Below, piece after piece: positions 25,355 to 38,343 of a DNA stretch of 64,000 nt. The notes beneath the pieces were generated by a model, which saw nothing but the letters and a program-made list of their open reading frames with translations, did no database searches and had not been told where the DNA came from. The DNA comes from Antedon mediterranea. Taxonomy: Eukaryota; Animalia; Echinodermata. The stretch is from contig NC_092675.1 in NCBI RefSeq assembly GCF_964355755.1, positions 16,216,912 through 16,280,911 of the forward strand, given 5' to 3'. Position 1 is the first letter of the stretch. Each line of letters begins with the position of its first letter. The position numbers were made by a program, and so were the translations under genes.

Positions 25355-28300
25355 ATGGGCTCTAATATGTTACATCGTTTCATCGAGTGGATCATATGCA
25401 TTACCTTGTTTTTAATACATGTTGAATCGAATTGCCCAACGTAAGTGACAGTTCATACTTATTTTTATGATTTATTTTTACAATTGTGCATGATAGAACC
25501 TTGATTTTTAAGGAACCCGTATTCGAGCTCAATGCATTTGGAACTTTGGAGGTCATTATATTTTTCATTGGTGTTAAGTACTCTTCATTTGTAAAAAAAA
25601 ACCGTTTACAATTGAGTCGGAGAGTTTATAATTTTAGATAGTCTGATCATAACAAATTACCTCCGTTATTTGAGAGCTCATTGGAACTAAATATAACGGT
25701 ATAAAGAGTTCAATCGGAATTTGAATTGTTTTAACAGTCTATTGTATTAAGCCTACAACTCTTAATATCATATTTTGCTATTTCAGTTAAGTTTTAAATT
25801 AAGTCATAATCAAGTTTTAACAACGATATCAGCATGGAGAAAATATTAAACTACAGTATTTTACTGGAGTCGTTTCCTGTCCTTCAAACTTCCAATCTGT
25901 GTAATTCGGTTTTATTCTTTTAAACCTATTGTTGTTGTTGTTCCGGACGACAACGTTTGTATTTATTTTATCTATTCACATTAATTAATGGTACATCCAT
26001 TTTACCATACTCCGTGATTTTACAAAATAGCAAGAAAGGTAACAAATACAAAAAAACATATTAGACTATAGAAACAAATACAGTTTATAAATACTAATAC
26101 AGGTTCAGCTGGAAGGGTTACACTCTCTAAATAAAGTGGTAATAAAATAAATAATTACATTGTTTAAACCGCAAATGCACAGTACAGTGTGTTTATTTGG
26201 AAGTTCTAATTTATCCGGTGTTACGTATAATATTTGTGAACAATTTATTGAATTAATAGTTTAGGTTTACACATAGCCTCATTGTGTTTGCGATATATAA
26301 TTTTGTTATGGAACACTAATCAATGCATTGTCGCCTTTTCCATAGTGAGATAACCTGCAATGGTGTCAACAATTGTTATGTAATCTATACTGGAAACAAT
26401 GATTGGTATTATTATCATAAACAACCGGGAAATAGTAAACACATTGGTAAGTTACATGGATTGTTACCGCCTGATGACAGACCTATCGACTGACTCTTTT
26501 TGCAATGACTACTATTAACAAATATACTAGTTCTTATATTATTATAATCTACTTTTCAGGAGGAGATCCGCCCTCTTCAGCAAGTTCATACGTACTAAAG
26601 CGTTTATCTACAAAAACGCGTTCTCCATCCGACATTGAACGCGAATGTCAAGAAGCTGGTGCAAAAACTGTCGTTATAAACAACGATCAAGAATATGACC
26701 AACTAACTCACAATATAATACATATACTGAGTACTGGTCAAAAGAGTTCATTTTACGTGAAAGTTGGGAGCTTGCAAGGATTTTCTTCTCCGTGTGGCAA
26801 GGTTACCATCGAAGATGGTTTTTTCGTTAATGAAGATGAAATTAATGAAATCCTATGCAATCAAGCTCAAAGTGTCAACGATATAGTTTGCGAGTCAATC
26901 AGTAAGTAACATACAATAGCAACATTGTGATCAATGTAAAATTCGTTTTTATTGCTTTAATTGATAATACCAGGGAAGAGTTAACTCTTCCCTGTATTGT
27001 CGCAAGATTATGATCTGAAGTTATGCATACTTCGTTGTCCTTATATAAAAGAAACAGAAAGTTAAATCCAATGATAAAATCAATCATTTGTTCTTTAGTG
27101 TTTTAGTTGTATTGTATGACTACCGGTCACGCAATGAATGCCAACAGTTTCCTGAACCTTGATTTAAAGGAAATCTATAACCTTTCAACTTTGTTACTAT
27201 AATGATTATTCTGTATGACATTTATTAATTTAAATAATCAGTATTTTATGAACTATTACGAAGAAAACTTAATAGTATAATATTATGTCCTAGGTGCTTC
27301 TGAATGTCCTGAACCGACTACTATAACTCCGACGATAACGCACCCGTCAAGTTCAGTGTCCACTGTAACTACATCACCAACCACATCAGTTTCACCAACA
27401 TCAATTACATTGACTACAAGTAGACCTACTGTTGAAGTATTAGCCAGAGAGACAACGCGTCAAGCAAAAAATATATCTGTCTTTGAATCAGAGAACCAAC
27501 CTATACAACAAACAAATGAATTTTTCACTCACACGTTCCTATATATCGTGTTGTCTGCATCGTTTGTTGTACTTTTAGTTGTGATTGGAATTACTTGTTT
27601 TCTCGTTAAGCGTCGGAAAAAGAAACGGTAAGCATTTCAACACATCCTTACTGTTTGAATTGTTGAATGTGAAGAAATTTAGTACAAAATACAGAGTATA
27701 TAAAATACAACGATAGGTGACCAAGTGGAAATATACTTGGATCATCTGCTATAGCTTGAAACTATAGTACCGTATTATCTGGATCAGTTCAGTTTATTTA
27801 CCATAGTCCTTAGTTCGACCGTGTAATTCCTATCGAAGGCCGCTTGAGTGGCTATGATAGGAAGCTCTCCATTAAACATTATCTATCCACTAGGTTCTTC
27901 TTCTACCTCGCCTTCCTTTTGCACAGTATCTCTCCGTCTGTTTTAATGGGCTTTCTGAAATTAAAGTAGTCGTGTTCGAGTCCGGTAACTGGTTCGATGC
28001 GATTTACTATGTCCTTTTCCAGCATACCACTGGTTTAGCGTTTCATATATATAATTGATTTATTAAAAAATCTTCTCTTCCAGAAAATCTGCTTGTTTTG
28101 TTGCAGTCGAACAAGATCAAAATACATATGGCGAAGCGGGCGAAGCGTCTGTGTCATTAAATGTAGCCAGCGAAACGATTCAAGTTCACTTGGACAACGA
28201 GTACCAAGATGTTGATCATCGAATGCCTAACCAGGATACGAATGTTAATCAGAAACAAGAAGTTCATTATAAAGTTCCAAAAGAACAGAATGTTTACGAG

Positions 28301-29380
28301 TCCATGCCACATGAGAGTGGTTATAATCGTGAAAAGGATTCCAAGCTCGAACAAGGAGATGCCATTGACGCCCATGTAGGACATTATTCAATCCCACGAA
28401 AAAGTGTCGACAAATATACCTCTGCTGAATGTATATACCAAGAACCAGATTTGACAGTTAATAACGATATCAAAAATAGTCGAAGTGTTAACGAAATCGA
28501 CGACGATAAATGCAACAGTAAATACCACGAGCCGTCTCCATTGAAGAACGTGACTGTGCCTGTTTATGATCTACCGAAACCAAAAGTGAAACAAGAGGAT
28601 TCAAATCGGAGTTTAGGTAAACAGAATAGTCTAAGCAATAATTGTGAAAACGAGGAAAAAATCAGCACAAAACCTCACACTCCTATGAAACCACCAAGTG
28701 CACAATTTAAAAGCAAGACAAATACTGCAAATACTGACAATAAGAAGAAGGCTAAACCAAAATACAAGATTCCATCTACTTATGACATTCATGTTCCATT
28801 CGAAATAGCAAATGAAAAGAAAGACAACCGGGAACTTAACTCAAAAGCAACGGCAAAACCATGTTTCACTCAAAAAGGTAATCAACATAATTATATTAGT
28901 ATGGACAAAAATCACGAAAAAGAGGAACGTGCCGAGCAATACTATACTCAAGAGAGTGTGAATCAATATGAGAATTACTTTGCTAAACCTGTGGATTGTT
29001 TAAGCTCAAATTATGACGTGCCACGGAAAGCTAATGAATACGAAACGTGTGATGATATGGAGGGACAAAAGGGACAAAGTGACAGCACTTATGATGTACC
29101 TAGATTACCTAACGAATATGAATCATGCGATGATAACATGAACAAGGAACGAGCTGTTAACATTTCTAACGCGTTTTATGAAGCCCTTGAACAGGGTGTG
29201 AATGACAGTAAATCACCCAAGGAAAGTGGGAAGAAAAAAACAAAAAGTAAACCAAAGACCGGTGCCAAACCAAAATCCCAGAATCCAGTGAGTGGCTACA
29301 TGTCATACGATAGTGAATCCCATGATGATCATTATCAAGAACTTGATAAATCAGCAGTTAAGATAATAAAGTTTCGATAG
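25355..29380 (+). CDS. Uncharacterised type I membrane receptor, paralogue A (divergent C-type-lectin-like ectodomain, Thr/Ser stalk, TM, Tyr-rich cytoplasmic tail)
   Basis: Exons 25355-25440, 26346-26446, 26560-26901, 27294-27627, 28084-29380 splice in frame (phases 2,1,1,2). Signal peptide WIICITLFLIHVES; ECQEAGAKTVVINNDQEYDQL..PCGKV..ILCNQ..IVCES; TM FLYIVLSASFVVLLVVIGITCFLV followed by KRRKKKR. Confidence 0.85.
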
Positions 29381-30202
29381 AATATAAAGAACTTCGAAAT
29401 TCGTACGAATAATCTGGACATAGGCCTACAACCAAGAAAGACGTATTAGATAGCACGGTTCCCTTTGAGAACAAATGGAAATGTACCATCAGGGACTCTG
29501 TCTTTCTTTTATGTTTAGGCTCGATACTGTACACTTTACCTTATGAACTAATTTCCCCACGTAGCACATTCCAAATGTAAGACCATGAGGTAACTTATTG
29601 GATTCCTTGTACAGTTATTGTTGACTTGTTTGGATTTTTGTTTTTTCTTTGTTGTTGTTAGTTTCCCTGATTAATCGTTCAACAGTCATTCCTTATATTT
29701 TATATTCTGATTTTAATATTAGTTTGTAATATAAAGTATCAATGTTAATAAATATGTTTTAATTGAAACTGTTTTTATTTGCTTTTCTTCGTTTTTGAGT
29801 AAACTTTATAGCATAATTGTTGCCCTCTGTTGACGTTTATTCAGGTTTTAATAATAATTATTCTAAAGCATCCACTTTTTCGTCAGAACAATGGTAGAAA
29901 AGTTAATGCTAACACAAACGATGGTTTCCGTGGTTGGGTACAGGTAAGGTAGCAGTCAGTGACACATTTCCGTATTAGTTGATAAAAGGAAATAATATTA
30001 TTTTCCTTAATTCAGTTTGCCTACCAGTTCCATTTTTCTAGATGTAAAGGTAACTTCCCTAAAAATGTATTCTATGAAGTAATTAGATAAAAATAACAGG
30101 AAAGAGTACTCAATACTGCGGCATGTGTCATGTCAATGATACATACAAAAGAGCTGTGAGGAAGTATTTATTTATCATTTGTGAAACATTCAGAACACCA
30201 TC

Positions 30203-33200
30203 ATGTTACATGGTCGTATCAAGTGGAACATTTGTATTGTCTTGCTTTCATTGCGCATTAAAGCACATCCAATGTAAGTAACATTATTTAACGATTGAGA
30301 TCGTTCAAAATCTAAATTATTGGTTAATTCAATTCGATTTACTATAATGTAGTTTTATTACTTTTTTCCATAAAACTTTTATTTTATTTTTACGTGTTGT
30401 ACGGTAACTCGATATTTTAACAATAGGAATAAAAGTGGGACGGTCACATATAATACCAACACGAAACTTTCTTTTGATTAAGACAAAACCTGTGATTTTA
30501 CCTTGATTACGATGCTGTCATTAACTAATTGATTCAGCAATATTAAAGACAGGACATGTGTCATTAATAAGCGATATAATAACGGGTACGTTGTAATTTG
30601 TCAACTACTACCTTCGTACACTCAGTGACATTTCATGATTTGTTTCTTAATCTAAATTTAACTTGATTTAAAGAAAAATCTGAATTTCAAAGCTCAGGTA
30701 CAGACATGAATTTTAAATATGCTATCTGGTTAATTGTACATAAATCAGATATTTGTAATAGAAATCAAGACGAAAAAACATGAATTTCCCTTAAAATGGT
30801 AAAATACAAAATTTGGCAAAATTCTGCTATAAACGACGTTTTCCAGTAGTTTTAACTAAACTTAAAAGTAGTTTAACCTAATGTAATAACATGTCTGGTA
30901 ACTCCTTATAAGGTGAAAAAGATGGTGGATATACGGTGGATAATTTTTGCTATATCATAAATATATAAGTTGTATAAAAATACTAAAAAACATTTTTTAC
31001 CACACCGTTTATTTTTCATATTTTTTTTAAAATGCCTCTTTATTTACAACATTTGTGTACAAAAGAATAGAGATTTTACTGTGTAATTTGAACTATTCAC
31101 CCTCTGATAAGACAGTGCTTATTTTCAACAAGCTCGTGTAACACAAATAAAATCACAATAATTATAAAACATGGGAAACTATCGATTGATAATTATTGGA
31201 ATGTATGATCAATAGAAATTTGTTGCCCGCACATGGCCTTCAATACAGTCCTCTCTACAGCATACATTACCAGATATAGGCCTACTATAACATATAGGCC
31301 TACTATTTTTATTTTATAACACCTTTTGTACGTAGGCATAGGTAATTCAAGTATTATATGTATATGTGCCATATATATATTTTTAACGTGATGTTACAAC
31401 TACAATGAAATTCCTTTTCACAGTGATGCAAGGTGTGGTGATCTAAAGCATTGTTTTATAATATACCCACTCAACAATAATTGGCGTTACTATGACCCAA
31501 TAGGCCTACCTGGAGATTGTCGAAACCTTGGTACGTAAAATAATATATTTCATTGGAGATTAGCAGCCTTCAAGATTTAAGCACACTTCTTATATTTTCT
31601 TAGACTTTAATGATTTAATCTAAATTAAAATTTATTAAAAGTGGATAACTCAACATCAATGAACGGTTGTTGACACACCTAATTCGTTCTTTTGTATTTT
31701 AGACAATTGTATTATATGTCTTCGTTCAATATTGAATTACCACCCACCCCTCCAACCACTTAGACACAAGATGGTGCACCCACCCATCATGGACAATGAT
31801 CATTAAGGACCAAATTAGTATTTCTCTGTATCGTCACCAATAATTAAAATTAAGGCATGGTTTAAACAATAGTTGATTGATTTACTAATTTCATACACCC
31901 CAGTACTCCTTTTTATTTATAAATATTAAATACAACATTTTAATGTATACTTCTCATAGGAGGAACACCACCTTATTCAGCAAGTTCATACGTGCTGATG
32001 AGTTTATCTGAAGTGCAAACTCGTTCTGGATCATATATTGAAGGCGAATGTCTTAAAGCTGATGCAAAAATTGCCGAGATAAATAGCAATCAAGAATATA
32101 ATCAACTGACAAAGAATATACTAAGCGTACTTGAATTTAGTAAGCAGAGTATATTTTTTATGAGAGTACAAGATCTACCAAAGGAAAATATTACGGATTC
32201 TTGTGGTCGGATTTCAGTTAAGAAAACCAGTCATAAAAATGAAATAACAGATGAAATAAACATTGTTGAAAATAGATGCCATCTACAACAAAATTTCAAC
32301 TATTTAATTTGCGAGTCAATCAGTAAGTATATTTACAATATATAATGTAATATCAGGTATAAATATATGTCCATATATGGGCACAACACATTTTGTTGTC
32401 AAATAAAGTTTGATAGTGTAGACAGAGCTTTAGTTGTATTGAACAGAGATAAGTGGAGTGGTGAAGTAACATTTGAAACAGTAATCATGTTTTTTACGGA
32501 GCGAATATAGTGTTTTTATAGCTTGCATCACGTTTGATATACTCTGACGCAAAGCAAATCAGTTTTTACTTTTTCAACAATCACGATCACTGTATACAAT
32601 AAAAATACTGTATCAATAATTTGCAGTTCTTGCTATCCATGTTGATTCAGAATGATACCGAACTAAAAGGCGAGGAATCCCCACTCTTGCGTTCTCGACC
32701 CTCATCCAGTGGTGGCGCCAGCGGGGGGGCTACGGGGGCTCTAGCCCCCTCGTCGGGGAGCCTAGCCCCCCGTCGGGGAACACGGGTACTTTTTGTCGGG
32801 GAATATAACATACAGTAAAAAACGTTCGCGTTCACTTCATATAGCTTCAGCGCCTAGAAAACCACGACGTTCCATTGACCGTGAAAGTACGTCAGAGGGC
32901 TATTATGCACTTTTATGCATTCATTATTGTCAGAGATCTAACTACTAAACAATAGCTAGTACGTACTTGTTTGGCGGTATCCCTTTGTACGAATCGTTCA
33001 CCGTTGGGTCGAGACGCGTGATATCATGTTCCATCCAGGGACCAAAATGTGTAATGTAGTTATTTTCCAGGCGAAGTTTACCGACGGTTACCGAAGGGAA
33101 CACGGGTACTTTTTGTCGGGGAATATAATATACAGTAAAAAACGTTCGCGTTCACTGGGTAGCTTCAGCGCCTAGAAAACCGCGACGTCTCATTGACCGT

Positions 33201-36200
33201 GAGAGTACGTCAGAGTGCTATTATGCAATTTATATGCATTCATTATTGCCAGCGATCTAACTTACTACTAAACATTAGCTAGGTACGCACTTGTCTGGCG
33301 GTATTCTATTGTACGAATCGTTCAACGTTGGGTCGAGACGCGTGATATCAAGTTCCATCCAGGGACCAAAATGTGTAATGTAGTTATTTTCCAGGCGAAG
33401 TTTACCGACGGTTCGGGTACTTTTTGTCGGGGAATATAATTCGTTCGCGTTCACTTCGTAGCTTCAGCGCCTAGAAAACCTCGACGTTTCATTGACCGTG
33501 AGAGTACGTCAGAGTGAAATTATGCACTTTATATGCATTCATTATTGCCAGCGATCTAAATTACTACTATAAACAATAGCTATAGGTACGCACTTGTCTG
33601 GCGGTATCCCTTTGTACGAATCGTTCAACGTTGGGTCGTGATATCATGTTCCATCCAGGGACCAAAATGTGTACTGTAGTTATTTTCCAGGCGAAGTTTA
33701 CCGACGGTTACGTCGTGTACTGTGTCGACGTACGCTACACTAGTTACAGCAAAAACGAATTATGTTAATTGTTCGTATGTTCACCAATTTTTTAATTTAC
33801 AAGTAACCTTCTGTACCGTGGGGCACATAAAATAAATATTATTACTAAACAAAAAAACATGCCATTTTCGCTTAGCCAACATCTTATTATAGCTAAGTTA
33901 TTAAATTTTCAATGTCCTGTATGTCATGAATTTCTCACCACTCGGAAGTCCAGATGGTACGCAGGCATACACTTGGGAGGAATAAACTTATTTCCCCGAC
34001 TGAAAAAGGTCTACGCTTGCGTTTTTTAAGCCTCTGGGCCTAATGTTTCCAAAGTATAAAATGCAATTTTTTGAAGACCTGCAGCTCTAGTTTTAAACAT
34101 TTTCTTAGCTCAGCCCCAACAATAAAGCTGGTCATATTTCGAAGTACAAGAAGTGCATTTTCCGGGACCTAACATCTCTATTTTTTATTTCTTAGCTCAG
34201 TCACAACCATGATAGGGACTTATATATTTTGTTTCATGTTTTGAAGTATAATAAGTCCAATTTCCAGGACCTCCAACTCTATTTTTCTAAATTTTCTTTG
34301 AACTTTTATTTTTTAAATTGAAAAAGATGGATTGAAACAGTCATCGCGCATCGTTTTTTTGCACGCAGTATTTTATTTATGCATTATAAAAAATGGAAAA
34401 AATGGCTACCCTAAATCTGATTAAAATGACCTCAAATGACGCTAGAACGCGTTGCTTCCGGGGGCTTTACCCCCTCGACCCCCACCGGGGGCCCTTAGCG
34501 GCCCCCTGGCCCCCAGCCTTGTGATGCTCGCATAGCCCCCTCGTCGGGGAATGTAGCCCCCGCGTCGGGAAGATCCTGGCGCCACCCCTGCCCTCATCAG
34601 CGTAATCATGCTTAATTAATTACGATACAATTACATTTCTATAGGTTCTTCCTATGTTCCTGAGCCGACTACTATAACTCAGACGACACAACGCACAAAT
34701 ACTGCAAATGCAGTCGCCACTACATCACCCATCACGAGAATGTTCTCCACCACGTCCTTCACCGCCAACGTCCCAACGACCACCAACATAAACTTGACTA
34801 CAAGTGGGACAATTACCCGGACAGAGAAAACATCTTTCATTCAATCGGAGATTCCACTAATAACAACAACCGATGATCCCATTAGTGATGATGATATGGC
34901 TATCTATATTGGGATACCTGTGTCACTAATTGTAGTTTTGGTAATGTGTACAGTGATGATCGGGTTTCTTGTTCAACGTCATAAAGAGAAACGGTAAGTG
35001 ATTGTACCAGGGAAGAGTTAACAACAGGATACTGAGCTCCGGAGATCAAAGGGTTTATCCGTGGCAAGGCGACCTCAGTGTCGTGTTGTTATATTCATGC
35101 CTTGGTTCTACGTTACAGTATCGTTTTAGTCATTCTTTTTACTTGCTAAAGGTTAAGTTGTTTTACATTCTTGCAGTGGTGGCGCCAGCGGGGGGGGGGG
35201 GGGGAGCCTGTGAGTGTTGCCACACGAAATTTACACAGTCAATATCATCGTACTCGAGAATTGATATGATTAATGACAGGGGACACGATAATTACGCGAA
35301 AAATACTCAGTCAATGTCATCGTTCTCGAGGATATATACGATTTACGATCCTCGCAGCGGTAGTCATGTGATGCAGTTTCAACCAATCACGTTCGCGTAT
35401 TTACATAGGCTATGTAATATTATGCACTATGCATTCATTATTGCCAGCGATCTAGCTATTAAACAGTAGCTAGGTACGTACGCACTTCTGGCGGTATCCC
35501 TTTGTACGAATCGTTCAACGTTGGGTCCAGACGCGTGATATCATGTTCCAAAATGTGTATTGTAGTTACTTTTCAGGCGAAGTTTACCGACGGTTACGTC
35601 GTGTACTGTGTGTCGACGTACGCTACACTACAGGAAAAACGAATTATGTTAATTGTTCGTATGTTCACAAATAAATGTTTTGATTTACAAGTAACCCTGT
35701 ACCATGGGGCACTTAAAATATATATTTCATACATTACTAAACAAAAAAACATGCTATTTTCGCTTAGCCAACATCTTATTATAGCTAATAAGTTATTAAA
35801 TTTTCAATGTCCTGTATGAACTTCTCATCACTCGGAAGTCCAGATGGACGTACGCACGCATACACTTGGGAAGTAGGCTATAAACTGATTTCCCCGACTA
35901 AAAGGTTCTACGCTTGCGGACGCACCCCACCTCCCCCTCTAAAATAAAGGCAAAACGGACCACTTTTTTTAAGCCTCTAGGCCCGATGTTTCCATAGTAT
36001 AAGATGCAATTTTTTAAGACCTGCAGCTCTAGTTTTAAACATTTTCTTAGCTCAGCTCCAACCATAAAGCTGGTCATATTTCGAAGAATAATAAGTGCAT
36101 TTTCCGGGACCTAACAGCTCTATTTTTCAAAAATGTCACAACCATTTTGTTTCTTGTTTTGAAGTATAATAAGTCCAATTTCCGGGACCTCCAACTCTAT

Positions 36201-38228
36201 TTTTCTAAATTTTCTTAGCTCCATCCCAACCACGGTTGTCTGTTTCTGTAGACTTGTAATTTCGTTTCATAGTATCATTAATATGTATATAAATTAATTG
36301 CAACTTCCGGGGACCTAGCAGCTCTATTTTTCAAAATTTTCTTACAGATCAGCCCAAGGCACGCATTTACCATTTTTGCACCCCCAGACAGCAACCACCA
36401 GCATACGGTACGCCTATGCGATAAACAATATAGGCACACCTCTTCGCCTGTGGGTAGCCTTTACGTTTGCGTATATTAATTTTTCTAAGCTACAATTTAC
36501 CCGATAAATATAGCCATATTTTGAACTTTTTTTTTTAAATTGAAAAATATGGATTGAAACAGTCATCATCGCGCATCGTGTTTTTGCACGCAGTATTTTA
36601 TTTATGCATTATAAAAAATGGAAAAAGTGGCTACCCTAAATCTTATTAAAATGGCCTCAAATGACGCTAGAACGCGTTGCTTCCGGGGGCTTCGCCACCT
36701 GGACCCCACCGGGGGCCCTTGGCCCCCAGCCTAGTGATGCTCGCATAGCCCCCTCGTCCGGGAATGTAGCCCCCGCTTCTGGAAAATCCTGCCGCCACCG
36801 CTGCATTCTTGTGATAGTAATGTGTCATGTTGTGACATAATGGAAATGTATGTGACATTGTTTTAAATAATCACTGCCCATTATGTATTTGATCTGTATA
36901 TGAATACTTTTGAAGATACTTAAAGTGGTACGAAACACACAAGATTTGTAAAATTTGTTATTTTACAGAAATAATTATGAATAGGCCTAACTAAGAAAGT
37001 AGTTTATAACGTTGTTGAAAATCTAGAATGCGCAATAAACACAGGTAATATTATATTCTGAGATTAATTACTTTAGGCATAAACTGAAATATTCTTTATC
37101 ACATTTCTCTATTTGAATAGAAATTCAAGGCTTTCTCCATCAGTCAAACCTGAAACAAATATATATGCTGATGATGATCAGATAGGGCAATCGCCTGTGT
37201 CTTTGCACTTAGCCAGTGGAGTGGATCAAATTCATTTGAACAGTGAGAATGAACATGCTAATCGGCAACAAGTATCTAAGCCGAAACAAAATGTCAAGAA
37301 TAATCAACTTAAAGATGCTACACATGTTTATTCACCACACAGTCCTCATGCTAGTGTAAATAACGAATGCGAGAGAAACGTTACCAAACAACCTCATATT
37401 GCCATGAAGCCACCGTCACGCACACCTTTTAAGAGTAGACCTAATTACGTTGAACAACAATCACGTAAGGTTCCTTCTATCTATGACGTTCCTGTGATCT
37501 CTAAAAATAAGAAAGACAGTGAAGACATTAACTCAAACTCAACGTGTGGAATAAATGGCACTAGAACAAGTGTTGATAGTCAAGAACATGGATGTGCACA
37601 TCACTATGAAAATTATTTCGGTTGTATTAATCCGCTTAGATCTCCAACACATTATGACGTCCCACGGATATCCCATGAATATGAGAATATAGAGAGGCAT
37701 AACAAATCAAACAAAGAGCATTACGATGCGCCAAGAGTACATAAAGCATGTGATGTTAAAGATAAAGAACAAACGATGTCAGATAATGAGTACGAATTAT
37801 TTGATATAGGTGTCGATGATGATAATGAATCACACAAGGAAAGTGGGAATAAATACAAAAAAGGCAAATCTTCTAAAACTCCAAATGTAGTGGGCCTGCG
37901 ATGCGATCGTGCATCTCAACATGGTGATGACCAGTTAGATCTCAATAGATCAGGACTATCTAACGAAAATGAAAACGCAAATAAAGAACAACCTGTTGAT
38001 ATTACAAACGCGTTTTATGAAGCACTTGAAACGGCTTTGAGTGAAAATATACAACCGAAGCCGAAGGAGGAAATTGCGACGAAAAATAAAAAAAGTAAAC
38101 ACAATATAGGCAAAAAAATAAAGGATAGTGATGCAAGCACCTACATGTCATACGATGCTGAACCTCAACAAAATCACCATTATCAAGATCTGGATAAATC
38201 TTCAATGACAATTATAAAGTTGCATTGA
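30203..38228 (+). CDS. Uncharacterised type I membrane receptor, paralogue B (same architecture as paralogue A)
   Basis: Exons 30203-30273, 31424-31530, 31960-32322, 34645-34993, 37121-38228 have the same phases as paralogue A. Shared motifs: SASSYVL, EC..A.AK...IN..QEY.QLT.NI, CESIS, PEPTTIT, TM IYIGIPVSLIVVLVMCTVMIGFLV, NAFYEALE, YMSYD, HYQ.LDKS. Confidence 0.85.
32707..34590. mobile_element. Non-autonomous hAT-like DNA transposon, copy 1
   Basis: TIRs CAGTGGTGGCGCCAG / CTGGCGCCACCCCTG; exact 8-bp TSD CCCTCATC (32699-32706 and 34591-34598); no transposase ORF. Confidence 0.9.
32776..33710. repeat. Three tandem ~320-bp units inside hAT copy 1
   Basis: CGGGTACTTTTTGTCGGGGAATATAA..GAAGTTTACCGACGGTT repeats at ~32776, ~33096 and ~33414. 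Confidence 0.9.
35174..36803. mobile_element. Non-autonomous hAT-like DNA transposon, copy 2 (same family and orientation)
   Basis: TIRs CAGTGGTGGCGCCAG / CTGCCGCCACCGCTG; exact 8-bp TSD CATTCTTG (35166-35173 and 36804-36811); long internal similarity to copy 1. Confidence 0.9.
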
Positions 38229-38343
38229 AGAATGGATAAAACATTACATTTCTTAAGGGGCGCCTAAAGTAAACATCGTAAAAATTGGTTGTTTTATGTA
38301 TTGTTATGAGTAGGCATCGTAATATTAGGCCTATATTTAAAAC

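Noticed and set aside
35002-35819. ORFs of 155 and 105 aa as a possible hAT transposase
   Set aside because: No BED finger, DDE or hAT dimerisation motifs; the second hAT copy does not preserve the frames.
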